A stretch of 64,000 nt of DNA from NCBI GenBank assembly GCA_051294905.1, contig CM119371.1:18042001-18106000 (forward strand). Direction: 5' to 3'. This document shows positions 9,501 through 23,807 of the stretch, in pieces; within the stretch, counting starts at the first letter, position 1, and every line of letters begins with the position of its first letter. The notes beneath the pieces are model-generated. The model was not told where the DNA came from and did not search any database. It saw nothing but the letters and a program-made list of their open reading frames with translations. A program made the translations under genes and the position numbers. The stretch comes from Botryllus schlosseri (lineage: Eukaryota).

Positions 9501-12500
9501 TATTTAACAAAAACTGATGTCAGAACTTCGCATGCAGACATCGCTGACAAGGCCGCGCAGACAATCTCGCCAAGAGGATATGACTTGATAATAGTTCTGT
9601 ATATGACCATTGGTAAAGGACGCAAATGAATGTATTGCTTTTTGTCAGATTTAAATGGATGTATTATCAGATAAAACGCCACGGAAATCTACCAGCATTT
9701 GCATTTTGATCATTACTTTGCGTGAAGCAATGGTGCTTTTAGTTAGAAACTGAGAAAATATATACAATACTGCGGATTGCGCCACGTTAAAACAATTGGG
9801 CTCGAGCAGATGTTGTCCCATTGACTTACAGCAGCATATGGATCGTGTGGCATTCATCGGTCCGAATATCGTATTATCGATTATGTAGTACAGTAGCAGT
9901 GTCATTGTCATTGAGTGATGAGATCTTTTGTATTATCTACACCAGTTGATTTTCTACGACAATTCATTTTCGATCACTCGCAATTTCTCTTTACTACAGC
10001 GATACCCTCGGGTGGTGTAATAAGTATACTTTTAGACTATCAAGACTAGAAGATACCCAGAAATAGCCTGTTGCCGAGACGCCACTGCGAATGGCGCGAA
10101 ATTCAAAATTAAACGACTTCAGCGCTCTGCTCAACAGACATTTCAAGTGCTGCTTTTTTGCAGTCAGTAAAGCTGTTTTCACTATTTTGCCTCCAGGCAC
10201 ATTGTTTGTGTCGCGAGAGCTAGTGATACGTCGTCAAGTGATGGTAATCCTTATAAATATTGTTTATCGCTAAGAAGATCAGTGTGTTTCAGTAGTACCG
10301 GGTATAATTATCGGATAGTATTATCGATCAATACGCTGCTATTGTGGGTGGCGATCGGTGAACGTTACGAGATAACTAAGACGTACTCGCCTACCTCAGA
10401 TAGCTCAAACGATTGCAGAATACGTAAGGGCTTGCAATATATTTAATCATATCCCATGGCACAAAGGTAAATCTGCGGTCATAGTCACGTGAAGTATCTG
10501 GCGAAATTACAGTGATATAGCAAATCTTATTTGACATAAGTGTGACAGCGAATATCACACACACTGTTGTAAACGAAAATCATGTATTTATTTGAGTTCC
10601 ATCATAACCTAGGAAGCCAATCAGGTGAACGGCACATTCTGGCACAAAATACTGCCTACACACCGATTCTAATAGGGGAATGCGAATCAAATACACAAAT
10701 TCTCACGGAGATAAATCCCAAGGATGAAATGCGGGGCTCTCTTTTTTTGCGCTACCCCAGCACGGGGCAACATTGTTGTACGCAAGCGGAAACCACTATA
10801 GTCCTGCGATATGAATGCGTCAGATTGCGTAAGAATCTCTCTACTAGTTTCTGACGATTGCCCGTAACCAATGACCATGAGTGTCATGCGAAAATATGTG
10901 CGTTTATTTCATTATGAATATAATATTTAATTGCATTTGATGTGCTTAACGTCCAAGAAGCTCTTCGTGTGAGTAAGAATTGGTGTAGTTGACTCTCACC
11001 CACAAAATGTGTAAATCAGCAAAAAGATACCTGAAAGTGCCGTGTACCTCATTTCCAATCTACGCTGTTGTGGAAATCTATCAAGTACACGTATTTACAC
11101 CGATGCCTTTACAATTCACGGAGTCATTGTCGTTGACAACAATTTCGCGGTATTTGACATAGCAGGAGAATCACGCAGAGTCTAACGGTTGTGCAATTAG
11201 CAAGCTATCGAATTAGAGCTGCTCTTATGCATGTGTTCTCTGGTTATAATCACGCCAATTCGTGCAAACAGGTGAATGAGAGATTTGAAAATTGCGGTCG
11301 CGCTTTTAATGCAAAAGTGCTTTGCGACATTTACGCTGCCGGGTGAAATTATGTGAATAACGTCCCGTTACGCTGATCGCTGTACATTTGACCAGAGGTC
11401 AATTTCCATACTATCGTTTAGAGTGGCTCGCGCGAACAGCTCATGCGCGATATAATCTTGATCCAGCCTATGCATAGGTTATCCATCAAGATTATTGTAT
11501 AACCAGTTATATACCAGATAGCACCGGCGTTCGAACCAAGTCCCGTCGTTGTTTCAGAGTTCCTGTAATAAACACTACGCTACTCGCTCCACCGTTCAGA
11601 GAAAATGAAATGATACTTTAGATCGGTGGCACTGCCATCTTGCAGCGGAAATTTGCAATCTGTCCTCGATTACAAGCCAAGCCGTCACATTCTTTCGGAA
11701 TCCAGACAAGCACTGCGCATTCCGCAGTTGGATTCAGGCCACGCCGAATGGGATAGATAATGTGAAGATTAAGAGATAGTACATAATGCGTCGTGTTAGA
11801 ATCCCCTTGTGAATTTTAGAAATTTCAAAACGCATCTGCTGCCGTGCATTTGCGGAAATAGTTTAGTTGTTTATTATGCGTACGCACTATGGTTATAAGA
11901 TTTCGATGGATAACGGTTTACATATAGCCCACACAATTGCTTTGCCTTTGTAACCGTATACTTAAATAGTTCGCTTTTCAGTGTCTTAGACATAGGCTAC
12001 CTATGCGGATCATGTGACCATACCGGGCGGTAGGTTGTAAGCATTGCACGAAAATAAAATATATTGCATTCGGTTGATTGGTCAGAAGTACGCAAGTGGT
12101 CGGAATCATCACAGAAGTCATATTTTACCCGGCTCTGTTACATAAAGTCCTTGACAGTAATGCCAGCCGGTTTGCTGATCTCATGAAATTTCGTGAGCGT
12201 GTTCTATAGAACCGACTGACCAGTGGAATAAGATCGATACGGAATAATTGCGGTGATTATATGTTTGTACTCTGGTTGTACACTACAGATTCCCAGACAA
12301 ACTGCAAATATTCGCGGTATAATACCTATTGCAGCTGCATGCTCATTATGCATAAATACGTAGCTACCATCTCTGTAATATAATGTATGCACAGTGCACA
12401 CCGCATCTTGTAATGACGCTTGGTTCCTGTTGCCTTGCTACCTATAAAATTACGTCCTCAAGTGATAACAAACAAAACGTCTCGATACAATATCGAGTAT

Positions 12501-13451
12501 ATGGTGACGGACGTGGAGTTACTTTATTTATAGTGACGGAAGCTGCAGATTTCTCTACATGCCGCCTATTTTAAATTTAAAAGTTCAAGATTTTAATGCT
12601 CAAGGCAATATAATCGCAATACGTCAACATTATCGGTCGATTACTGTCGATAGGTTGCCAAGTTTACTATCCGATCAATGATCACGTGATATTCAAAAGT
12701 TTTACGCAGCTTATATCGTAATATTTGATTGGCGTATGAGTGGAATTGTTTATCTTCCTCGATCGAAATTATAGCAAGACTCTTATACCTTCAATTATAC
12801 CTTACGCCCTGTAATAGTGATCGTTATATCCGTTTTATAGCCGGCATGAATATAATTGCGAGGCCAATGTCATTAATTATTATCGTCGTGATGGATGTCA
12901 ATCAAAATCAATGTCGACGAATTGAATGCGGAGAATTGAAAATATCGGTAACACGCAATATTTTGTTCTCACTTCCCAATTAATTTTCAAATCTCTGACT
13001 TCTACTTGAGTGTAGCATTACTGACTAGATAGACCAACTCTGCATTAAACTACGCTAGCATGTAGTTGAAATTGTGCGTTACTTTGTACTTCTATATTCG
13101 TTGGTGGGATTGTAGTGTTAAACGTAATGCTTGCTTTCAAATTGCTTGGACATGAGGAAGTTGGCTGAATACATAACTTAGGAAGCGATCGGCAATCTAG
13201 ACGACTGTCACCTTTATTTCTCGTGTGTCACACTTGATCATATTGGGTATAGAATTGGTTCATGCCGAAAGAATGTCGATACTTTATTTCGTGACGTGTT
13301 TCTTGGTGCAAAGTTCACAAATCACAAATGTAAGCGCCAATCGTATTCTGTACCGCTAATCCTGTGTCAGGAACATAAATAAAGCTTTCATAATCGCTCG
13401 TCTGGGCGGCGCTGAAGATTCAATGAATCTACATGGACTAGCTACATTGAC

Positions 13452-13471
13452 AGAGAGAGAGAGAGAGAGAG
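13452..13471. repeat. (AG)10 microsatellite
   Basis: Direct reading of the sequence. Confidence 0.9.
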
Positions 13472-13936
13472 TCTTTATTTTTCAAATATCAATATTCAAG
13501 GAACTGCTGTGAGAAGGACGGAAACCATATGGATTAGAGCTCCATTAACCAATATAAATATGATACTGGCTAACACTGATTTATGCGCTCTTGATAGCGA
13601 AGTGAAGAAGTCATTGAAGTTTTTGCGGCAGTGACCGCAGTGGATTTGATACATAAACTTGTATATTTATATGTTGCGCGTACACACAAAAAAATCTGGT
13701 AGATTCACAAACAAATTTCTGTAAATTTTACAACGAATTACCGATCGCAGCTAATAGCAGCGTGTAGTTTGTCATTTTACATTTTGATATGTAATATTAC
13801 ATTAATTTAGCTGCTAAGTCAAGTTACCAGAATTTCTTCGCAAGGTTACTGACAGTTACGCGCTACGGCATTTTACCGAGCTATTGGCAAAATTGATTAG
13901 CTTCCAAGCCCCAGCAACCGGTGGATACGTGGAAGT

Positions 13937-16399
13937 TAGGGTTGTTCAGAATTGATCGACTTTCAAAATGTCGTGGTTTTCAGTCCGATTCCCATGCCTT
14001 ACACCATAAAAACATATTCTAGGTACTTTTTTTCGTAATTCATCCCTTGCATCCGTGTGCACATTGAGCTGGAAGAATATCGGCTAAAAATAGGGGATTC
14101 CCCTAAAATTTGAGTGTCGCTATTCGGATTAGGCTAGTAAAACGTCATATATAAGCTGGTTTTATGTAGCTATTGCGGTTGGAGTGCTACATAACCTCAC
14201 TATAGAAAGTATTGTCAGTTCAGGACACCATTTTCATGTCCCACACTGCCTTAGAACTCCTCAAAACTGCCTAAGACTGATAGTCATTTTGTTGGATCAC
14301 CTATCCTACACTCTTCAACCCTACCCGAGATTGTTCATCAATTGCCGGGATCACCACGTGCAAGAATACAACTGTAAATGTATCATTCACTCACAGCCAC
14401 ATTATAAACATCACATTGTTCAAAGGAAACGAAACAAAAAGGCAAAGAAACAGATCAACTTGGCACATTGAATTGCAATGGGATGCAAAGCTCACGAGAA
14501 GTCGTTTCGGAGGGAAATTTGAGGCCTTGGCAGTGCTGACATAGTCTGCGTATTCCAACGCATTTGAGAAAGGCAAACTTCTTGGCAATCGAACTCTGGA
14601 GAGTGCTACAGGAAAAGCACAGGCTGATCTTTCATTTGAACTGCTGGAACTTTATAATTTAACAAATAATGTCAGAGCTCTTGTGTTTGACACAACACCG
14701 TCAAACAATGGAAAAAATAAAGGTGCGGTTCTGTTACTTGAAGAATTGATAAACAGGAATGTTTTCTACTTTCTACTTCTGCTTGTCGCCATCATATTTA
14801 TGAACTAGTCATCCGGGGAGGTCTGGAAGTGAACTGTGTTTGGATCCGCGACCACAGGCCCTGAAAACACAGATTTTAATACCTTCCAAGAAGTGAAAGA
14901 TATTGATCAATTAAGAAGCTCTAAAACACTTCAGTTTGATGAATGCAGCTGGTTGGCGATCAAAGCTGATGAAGCTAAGCAAAAAATAATTCCAGTGATG
15001 AAGCCATATAATGGAAAGCAGAAAGAAGTCTTGATAATAAATGACTACAGAGAATGTGCAACAGGCACCATGGCGATTGTAGCTGCCCAATATATTGATA
15101 ATCGTTTTGGCAAGCCTGGTGCTACTAATAGCACTGGATGGATGAGTCAAGTGCTGTACTGTCAAAAATGTTCATGTGGAGAGAGCAAATGGGCTATTCT
15201 GAAGAGTTCATTAGAAAGTTTCCCTGTTTTATGTCCCAGCTTGCTTGAAAACTGGTAATGCATGTGACGCACAGTATATTGATCTCAAATTTCTTCATGG
15301 CATGACAGACTTTTCATTGTGCGATTTCACAGTTGCTGATGTGGCATATAAAAAGATGCGAGAACATCATTGGCATCTCACCGAGGAAACGGTGGTATCA
15401 ACAATGTTCTCGGCTAAACCAAAGATTCCTGACAAAGTGAAGGAAGCGATGGCTGCTAAATTGCTGCAAATGCCAATCCTTGAACAATTTCGCAGAGGTA
15501 TAGATAGGCTATACCTCTGAGTCTAATCTCTGACTCTGTCTCATAGTCAATGAGTATGGTTGCTTTAATTGAACCGGAATCATGGTTTCTATCCAATGCT
15601 ATACATGTCGAACATGATTGGTTTAGTCTTCCAGTTTCGGAATGGCATACTGATTCGCATTTCGTGACTGCTCAAGAATTTGTGAGTAGCGTTGAAATAG
15701 TTAACGGCGCAGCAGAGCGTTTGGTGAAATTGAATACCGACTTTGATGCTTTCAAAACAGATGACAAAGAACAGCGAGCGAGCCTCTTACAAGCCGTGGA
15801 AGATAACGGGAACAGATATGCCGATTTCTCTAAAGCAACCATTTCATCCGGACGTGATTTAAGTAGTATTTGCCAAGTTGATCTGTTTCTTTGCCTTTTT
15901 GTTTCGTTTCCTTTGAACAATGTGATGTTTATAATGTGGCTGTGAGTGAATGATACATTTACAGTTGTATTCTTGCACGTGGTGATCCCGGCAATTGATG
16001 AACAATCTCGGGTAGGGTTGAAGAGTGTAGGATAGGTGATCCAACAAAATGACTATCAGTCTTAGGCAGTTTTGAGGAGTTCTAAGGCAGTGTGGGACAT
16101 GAAAATGGTGTCCTGAACTGACAATACTTTCTATAGTGAGGTTATGTAGCACTCCAACCGCAATAGCTACATAAAACCAGCTTATATATGACGTTTTACT
16201 AGCCTAATCCGAATAGCGACACTCAAATTTTAGGGGAATCCCCTATTTTTAGCCGATATTCTTCCAGCTCAATGTGCACACGGATGCAAGGGATGAATTA
16301 CGAAAAAAAGTACCTAGAATATGTTTTTATGGTGTAAGGCATGGGAATCGGACTGAAAACCACGACATTTTGAAAGTCGATCAATTCTGAACAACCCTA
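13937..16399 (+). mobile_element. hAT-superfamily foldback derivative with 529-bp inverted arms and an 8-bp TSD
   Basis: TAGGGTTG...CAACCCTA ends. Arms 13937-14465 and 15871-16399 are reverse complements. TSD GTGGAAGT at 13929-36 and 16400-07. Confidence 0.93.
14466..15870 (+). pseudogene. Degenerate hAT-type (hATm-like) transposase, catalytic and C-terminal part only
   Basis: Fragments across frames: LQWDAK (first catalytic D), FDTTPSNNG, ACRHHIYELV, FG..TTGP, DYRE, PGA...WM, VNGAAERLVKL..DF, LLQAVED. Stops and frameshifts throughout, including a 7-nt duplication (ttctact) near 14764. Confidence 0.82.
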
Positions 16400-18016
16400 G
16401 TGGAAGTGCATGTCACTGTGATATCATTCTCGTTGAGATTTGACCTGATTCAACCTCGTTCGCGAGACAGGATTAGGTCACACGGAACTGGTTGACCCTA
16501 GTACCAATTTCGGTATAGTGCGTAGTTGGTTGCAAGAAGCAGCTGACAATGTAGTTACATCATATACATTATATTATAAGGCTATGGCTACACGGTCGGT
16601 CTCGGCGGTTAGATTTGTTGTAACAGATAGGGCTAATGAGTTACAAAAATCAGTTTAGGATATATAATCTTATTCCTGAAACTAGAAATATCAGCACAGC
16701 AGCAGGCTCAGTTGACCATTTCTTAATGGCGGACACGGCGACCTATAATAGGTTACCGTAGGTTGCGCGTTGCAGGTTTTTCTGAGATTCGTAGTAAACA
16801 ACCAACAGTCAACTGTGACATCACAAATAGCGTCCGGTTAGGTAAGTAAGTAGGGAACCACACGTGGACCAATAAATATCAATATATACGAAATTAGATG
16901 CAAAAGAAAGGGACTATAGGTGTTGATAGATGTTTCTGTATGAAAAACCAACCTGGATTGAACATTATAACGTGGACAGTAAATATTATTGGTGGCATAT
17001 GTGAGCGGATGAATATCACTTATTTCAAAGTCGTCTGCGTGTCGAGCCGAGTAGCCGACTGGTCGGCCATTAATATTGAGCTTTGGGCATGCAAAGGCTG
17101 ACGGTGCGAAGCTTGTGACTTGTGATTGAAGAAAGTAGAGACTTTCGTTGAAGATTGTCAGGACTGATGAATGGGATGCGCATCGTAAAAGGTACAGTAG
17201 CCTACTGTATAGTATTAGTTACCGTTAATATCTACGACTGTGCACACCACCCGGAAGACTTTGGTTTCATGATTTAAATATTTCAGTCGCCTTATTCTCA
17301 GTTCTATTTTGGGATATTAGTCAACTTGTATAATGACCTGCGACACCACATACTCTGCCGCGGAGTAGTTGAAACTGTTGGCTTGTTATTGACATTTATT
17401 AGGTCATAGCTTAGATATGTTTTCATCCACTGCTCGCTATGTTTGGCTCACATGCCGCATCAAATGAGGCACCTTTTCTTTCAATACATTGATCACTTAA
17501 GTCATGAATCTCTGCTATATCATGTTAAATGAGGAGTCGTCAACTCACAATGTACCAGTACCGGTACTTCAAAACTTGTTATATTTTTGTTAGCCTATTT
17601 GTCTTAGTCTTTATAAGTCATGTCTAGGTTAGCAACTTGGCTTAGTATAGCGACTTACGCATGAATTATTTTTAGTGGAACTGCAAGATACCAGTCACAC
17701 AGAAGGAATGAAGACGAGAAAAAGAAACAATTGGAAATTTATCCGGCGTTGGAATTAATTCACCTTTTCTTGGGACCACTCGTGCTATATTTGCATGCCT
17801 CCTAAACTAAACAAGAATTATACCTCCAGCAGCAATACTTTTTCATCGTGAATCATGAATGAATATACAGTTGTCCTAATGTCGTCTTGAGAGCGTGAAG
17901 AAACTTTTGCGATATTTTGGCATCGCGTTGCTTTGGGATAGGTATGAATGTAGGCTGAGACGTGAATTTACAAGCTGGCATGTAATCTGATTTACAGGGA
18001 CAGCATGTAGGGTTGT

Positions 18017-18042
18017 AGGTAGGTAGGTAGGTAGGTAGGTAA
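18017..18042. repeat. (GTAG)n microsatellite
   Basis: About six GTAG units read directly. Confidence 0.85.
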
Positions 18043-21000
18043 GGCGGTAAAATTACAGTATCGGTGGTAAATGTACACAGAAGAGAATGTAGATTGAATA
18101 TACCAGAGGTGACTGTAACATTACAGTCTGGCATGTAAAGTTAGATTACCGGACAGTTGTAAGTTGAATTTACATTGAGTGACGGTAATGTTATATTACT
18201 GCCAAGTGGCTGGCCACCCTGCTTCCAGACATTTCGCGATAAATCGAGGTAAATTTTTTTTTCAGTGTATCTTTTGTGTTTCTTTTGAGCAGGAGGACCC
18301 GATGTTTTCGTTTTTGCAGCGGCTTCAGAGCGCTAACAGTGAATTCCGAAAACGGCTATCTTTCGCCCTCTGTCCTACGGTTAACCCCAACCTTAATGAA
18401 GTATATTTATCAGACCATAATAGATCCAGCGGGAAGTGGTTTTGTGGGTGATTGATGTCGCTGAACAAGAGAATGACCGCGGCGATAGGTTTTGCTATAT
18501 TATCAATGTAAAAGCAATCGTTTACAATTACGCTTCAAGCATGAAATTACAACAAGATGTACACTGGATTCCAACTGTTTTCGAAACACATATTTCTAAT
18601 CTATATATACGCAGGAACATTTCCAAGAGAACGGATGTGTCTCATTCTGGTTTTTATTTCGTACCTGTTCGTTATCGGTCTGTTATCATTACATCTATGA
18701 CATTCATGGCTAGTGCAACGATGCTATTTTTGCTATGCTTCGCAATATTACAGCGGACAAATCGCTAAAAATAACTCTGCCACTGAATACGCTTAGTATT
18801 TGCGGCCGGTTTATATTCGGTTAAAGTGGATTAGTTGTTTTCGGAACAAAGTTGAGATCACGTGCTTGCTATCAACAATTTAATAATATAGATTGATAGA
18901 GATCCGACACCCTGTCTATGTACCGATTAACTGATCCTATTTGATATTATCGATGAGAGAACATTCATAAGAATTAAATGTATAATGACGAAGTGAGTTC
19001 CTGGTCTAGCGCTTGAGCTGTTGTTGTTGTTCCTCTTGAATATATTTACGGCGGATATGGTCACTATACAACTGGCCGATAATCTTATTTGGTTATTCCT
19101 AAGCTGCCGACATATAGCACGGACCAATGTTGGCGTGTAGGCTTTTGTAAGGCACCGCTTATATGCGGATTGTGGCTGCATAGCGATGAGGAGCCAGATA
19201 AGTCACAAGAAGTTAAGTAACAAGGTGGTAATGCATTTCAAGACATGTCGACAACAAATTAGCCGATAATAAAACCTTTTGAACAAGGGGTACGCAAATT
19301 GCCGTATCTTAAATTTAGATTTATTCTTTCCTATTCGAGTAGTGGACGCAACTTTTCTTCCACACATATACAATAACGGTATCCACTGGTCAAACTGAGG
19401 CCGTTTATCGCGTAAGTCGATAAGAATGTGTTGGCCGTCGCCAACATGCAATTCGAAATAACGAATTGGCCCGCAAGCCAGTATACGGAATAAATATCAT
19501 AATCACAGATGAAGTTCGTCGTTCCTTGAAAATTTTAATCGTAGGCCTACTTCAAGCGAGATTCTGTCAGATCTTCACCAGTTTCCCAGTCGTTACCTAT
19601 CATCAATCTATCACTGCCACTGGGATTGATTTGCAGGTCACCACCATAGTCGTCAGTATGGAACGAAATACTACTGAGCTTTATTGGTTATGGTTATTAG
19701 GTTGTGTTTCCAGTAGCGTTTGGTCAGATAGCGCGGACACTTTCACGTTTTGTCCTGAATCGATCTACTTGGTGAGTATTGTCGTTGAAATTTCAATAAT
19801 TCCCCATGTGTCAGTAGTACTAGCAGCCGACAAAATTGTATGGAATCCTTTGAAGTCAACATTATTTTAAACGCTACCGCAGCTAATCGTTACAGAAAGA
19901 AAACGCATGATGATACCCGCATATGATAATTATATATCTTGGTGCACCAGTACTTTTTATGTGATAAGCTCCGCTAATATAATAATAATGATGATGCTCA
20001 CAAATGGAGACGCCATGAGCTGAGCTGAGCTGTCGCAGGAGGCTTTTGTACCCAAAAAGGCACCGCCCTGTTCGTAAGAGGGTACTTTCTGCTTCTACAA
20101 TTAGAAACTGAGTGTTTCACAAGGAAACAGTGATGGCACAGAAACCACAAGGGTTGTCCGCGATTTGCAATCCCCGGTAGTCAATTTAAGATGGATATTT
20201 GGTAGTCGTTTGCGGTTGTCGAATATCATGCTCATGTACGTTATAAAACAGAAACCGTCATATTAGTGAGTCATTTAAAACAAGTGATATGGTAACCAGG
20301 ACCGGAACAGCACTTCGTCACCCCCCTCCCCTAAATATAGTTGGTCTTAGGCCCCCGTAGGTTAAAAGGAATATTGTGCGGCCGTCGGCACGTAATTCAA
20401 TTGGTATGTGTTGGCGGCCGTTGACATGCAATATGAATTCACGAATTGACTCCCGAATTTTAGAGGGATTTCCATTATTTTGGAATTTTCTTCGTGCGCT
20501 GGTCGATTCAATGCGACACGTTTTAATGTAGTAACTCACTGTGAGTCCCACAGTATACATACAGATGAGAACAGCGGAACGCCGCGTATAAAAATACCAG
20601 CTTGGAATCGTGTGGTACCACGTTTAGGCGATTCCAATATCATTCCACTATACCGAACCGACAATCCTGATGAAGGGTAAAGAAATAGCTGTAACAAAGT
20701 GACTAAAAACTGCATTTTCGAAAACACTCCCTCCATCATTTCTATCGGTGAGTCTGAGCACCTGGGCTGCAGACGGATAAATATTTGATAGTAATATGTG
20801 AGACTACATATATTAGACGAAATTCACTCGTGAATCTGAAAAAAATTTGCGCTTCGTGCCATGACGGATGCCAGTAATTATTCATAACATGACCACTCGC
20901 GATTTCGGTGCTTATAGTTGGCCGATATGAAAAAGTGTATTAGTCCGGAGTTCGTCGGATATGGACAGTTGGACATGGAGGACGGTTAACAGGGGTATAA

Positions 21001-21238
21001 GGCGTCCAGATTGTGTACGGATATGTCCTGGAATGCGGCCGTAGGCTACACAAGAAAACGAAATGAGACCATGAAAAGCAAAAAGGTTAGCCACCCCAGC
21101 ACTTGGGTATCTCGCCACTATCCATATTTTGTAGTTGCATAATGGGGATGTATACGTCTTACGCTATTCGCCTTCGTAAAACAGTAAACATATACGATGA
21201 ATGTTCAATACAGGGGGCACGATACGATTACTTATTAA

Positions 21239-23446
21239 CCCTAGACTGCTCAGGTGGATTATCGTTACACGATCGCTCTGGTGGGGTCGATTAGACCCCA
21301 TCAGTTAATATGCTTTTTGTCTTACCAATTTCGCTATACAGCTGTCTAATAACCTCTTGCATGACGTTATAACGATGCATCTTCCCTTTTTGAACCCTAC
21401 TGTCTACCCATTGTAAAGTTCCGGCTGAGGCGTAACGCCAATACGCAAATGGCGATATGGGGTCAAACACCCCTCATCAATTAATTATAATAACAAAGAA
21501 ATACCAACAAGACAAGACAATACAATACAACAATGTAACAGAGTAACAACGACAACAACATAGTAGATTCAATCCGAATCGTCCGGCTCCATGCACTCTT
21601 GACATGTCACTATTTTCACAGAGTATGTTTGGCAGACAAATTCCCCACATTTTCCACTTTTCTCTGTTGTTTTCCGGTCTTATGCTCTACCGCAAAGACA
21701 GCATCTGCCACGTGCAGCTTTGGAGAGCTTTGCTGGTGGAATTGTACTGTCTTCTCCCGGAAAAATTCTTTTAGACGCGATTTTGTGCGGACGCGTAAGT
21801 GAGTATTTTTTTCTTTGCCTGGACACTGCATTTTTCTTTGTTAGGGTCAGTGCAATTTCCATTGCAAATCATTTGTGTATTTGTTTCTTCACGCGGTTAC
21901 ATTTAGCCAGCAAAGATAATATATAGCCGTTGCATGCAGACAAGTTCATCAATTCAAAGAAGATCGTCAGAGGCCAGCGCTTACTATTGCGAGAACAGGA
22001 ATAGTTTGCCACCATTCTGTCTGCCACGTCGACGCCACCTTTTGTTTGATTATAAAATGTTATTATATCTGATTTCCGAGCGTCACCAGAGCTTTCATCA
22101 ATTTTATCATCGTGATGCTGGCTGCTCACCGTGGTAAGAATTTTCTTTGAGCCTTTGCCCTTTGGAAGATATGACAGCAGTGTCATATATTTTTGAAATC
22201 CAAAAATGCTGCTGTACACCTCTCTCCCCCGCAGAGAAATGAACGCAGGAGGTATCTCTCTCTCTTGTTCTTTCAAAGGGTGCCAACTGCTGTCAGTTTA
22301 TGGTCGTGAAGCAATGATGTCATCAAGGGTATACTGGTGTACCAGTAATCGAATGTGATGTTTCGGCCAGATCCTGATATATCAGACACCAGCCGTGTCA
22401 CTTCTTCTTTGGCCGAGTTGTCGACTTTATACGGCCAGTCCAGTTACGTCCCGCAATAAATTTCAAAATTGTAGGTGTAGCAAGTCTTTGCATCACACAG
22501 GGCATGTAGTTTGATGCCATATTTTGCCGGTTCGTTTCGAATAACTGTCGGAAAGAACACCGTCCTCGAAACCCCCAAAGCATTTCGTCAATTGTCACAA
22601 ATTCAGACAACACGTAATTTTTCTTGAAGGTGTTCAATATCATATCCGATATTGTTCGAATTATCGCAAATTTTTCATTTTTCTATCTTCGCGTGTGGTA
22701 ATGTCATCAAGCCGAAGACATCGCAAAGTGAATCGGAATCTTTCGCATGACATTGTTACCTTGAAGATATCAAAACTCATCAAGTGACAATCATGAGCTT
22801 TATGAACCCCAGCCAGAAGAAGAAGACCAATGACAGCTTCCATCTCCACCGAATTACTTGGCCCTACCCTGCACTTCTCTTTGTAGTTTCGGGCTTCTTC
22901 AGGTGTCTTCTTGTTTGTAAATTCAACAAGTAAATCAATCACTTGTGGTGTAAAGAAGAGCTTCCAATAATCAATGCAGTTATCAGCTTCTATTGCGGGC
23001 CCAGTGAGACCCGGTGAAAACTTTATCATATTCGCTGCACTTCGACTGGCAGTCGGAGCAGTCTTTCTCCAAAACGTGGTACCGTCTTTTCCTAACCACC
23101 CATCACTGCCAGCTTCACCTTCTTCAGGATTTTCTTGATCATCTCGTAGACTGCAAGTGACAGAACCAATGCCAAGCAGCAACTAAAAGTCGAAATCCAT
23201 CCGATCACAATGAGGAGATAATTACTTAGTCTGCCCACTATACTTGCAAAATCAGACCCATGCGCAATCAATAGCTCATTGCGGCGAGGTATTAGCGATA
23301 ATCAGCTAATGCTTTATTCCGAATGATAGTGTATAACACCATTGAGGATTACATGTCTGGAAAGAGCAATCCGACCGCACAAAAAAATATGGCTCACATT
23401 TTTGTTCGCCTGGGGTCTTTTTGACCCCAACCTGAGCAGTCTAGGG
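21239..23446 (-). mobile_element. Full-length piggyBac element (2208 bp) with TTAA TSDs
   Basis: TTAA at 21235-38 and 23447-50. 17-bp TIR CCCTAGACTGCTCAGGT. Subterminal GGGGTC..GACCCC palindromes at about 21282 and 23411. Confidence 0.93.
21569..23200 (-). pseudogene. Disrupted piggyBac transposase
   Basis: DDD triad motifs VTIDEMLWGFRGRCSFRQ, NITFDYWYTSIPL and YNQTKGGVDVAD, plus a C-terminal Cys-rich domain (RGRCCLC..CGEFVC..C..C). Broken by stops and frameshifts. Confidence 0.88.
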
Positions 23447-23807
23447 TTAAGAGAGTAGATTAGCATGAATCGGTCATATCAAGTGACACATAGCAAAGCC
23501 GGCCACACGAGAAAATAAAGATTAGCACTAATTGCTTTTCCTATACAAATCAGTGTCCAAGCAAAGACGTCAACGTAACTGCACGAATGTAACACTGTGA
23601 AGGGGGTATTGCAGTTGTTGGCGGTTTGATGATATTGTTTTTCAACTGCAATAGTCATTTACACCAGGCTATCTAGGGCTAGGCTCTTCTTTGTCACGTG
23701 ATCCGCGTCAGCGTGTGTTATAAAAGCTTAGAAGTAGGCCTTGCTACAAGTCGGTGATTAAAACACCATGAACATCAAACAAGCAAGCAAGCAAACAAAC
23801 AAACCAG

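Noticed and set aside
14184-14471. 95-aa ORF repeated identically at 15859-16152 (-)
   Set aside because: It is a by-product of the inverted arms and has no recognisable protein features.
19560-19800. Minus-strand protein-like stretch (RTKR..DDYGGDLQINPSGSDRLMIG)
   Set aside because: It has multiple stops, no recognisable family and no convincing splice sites.
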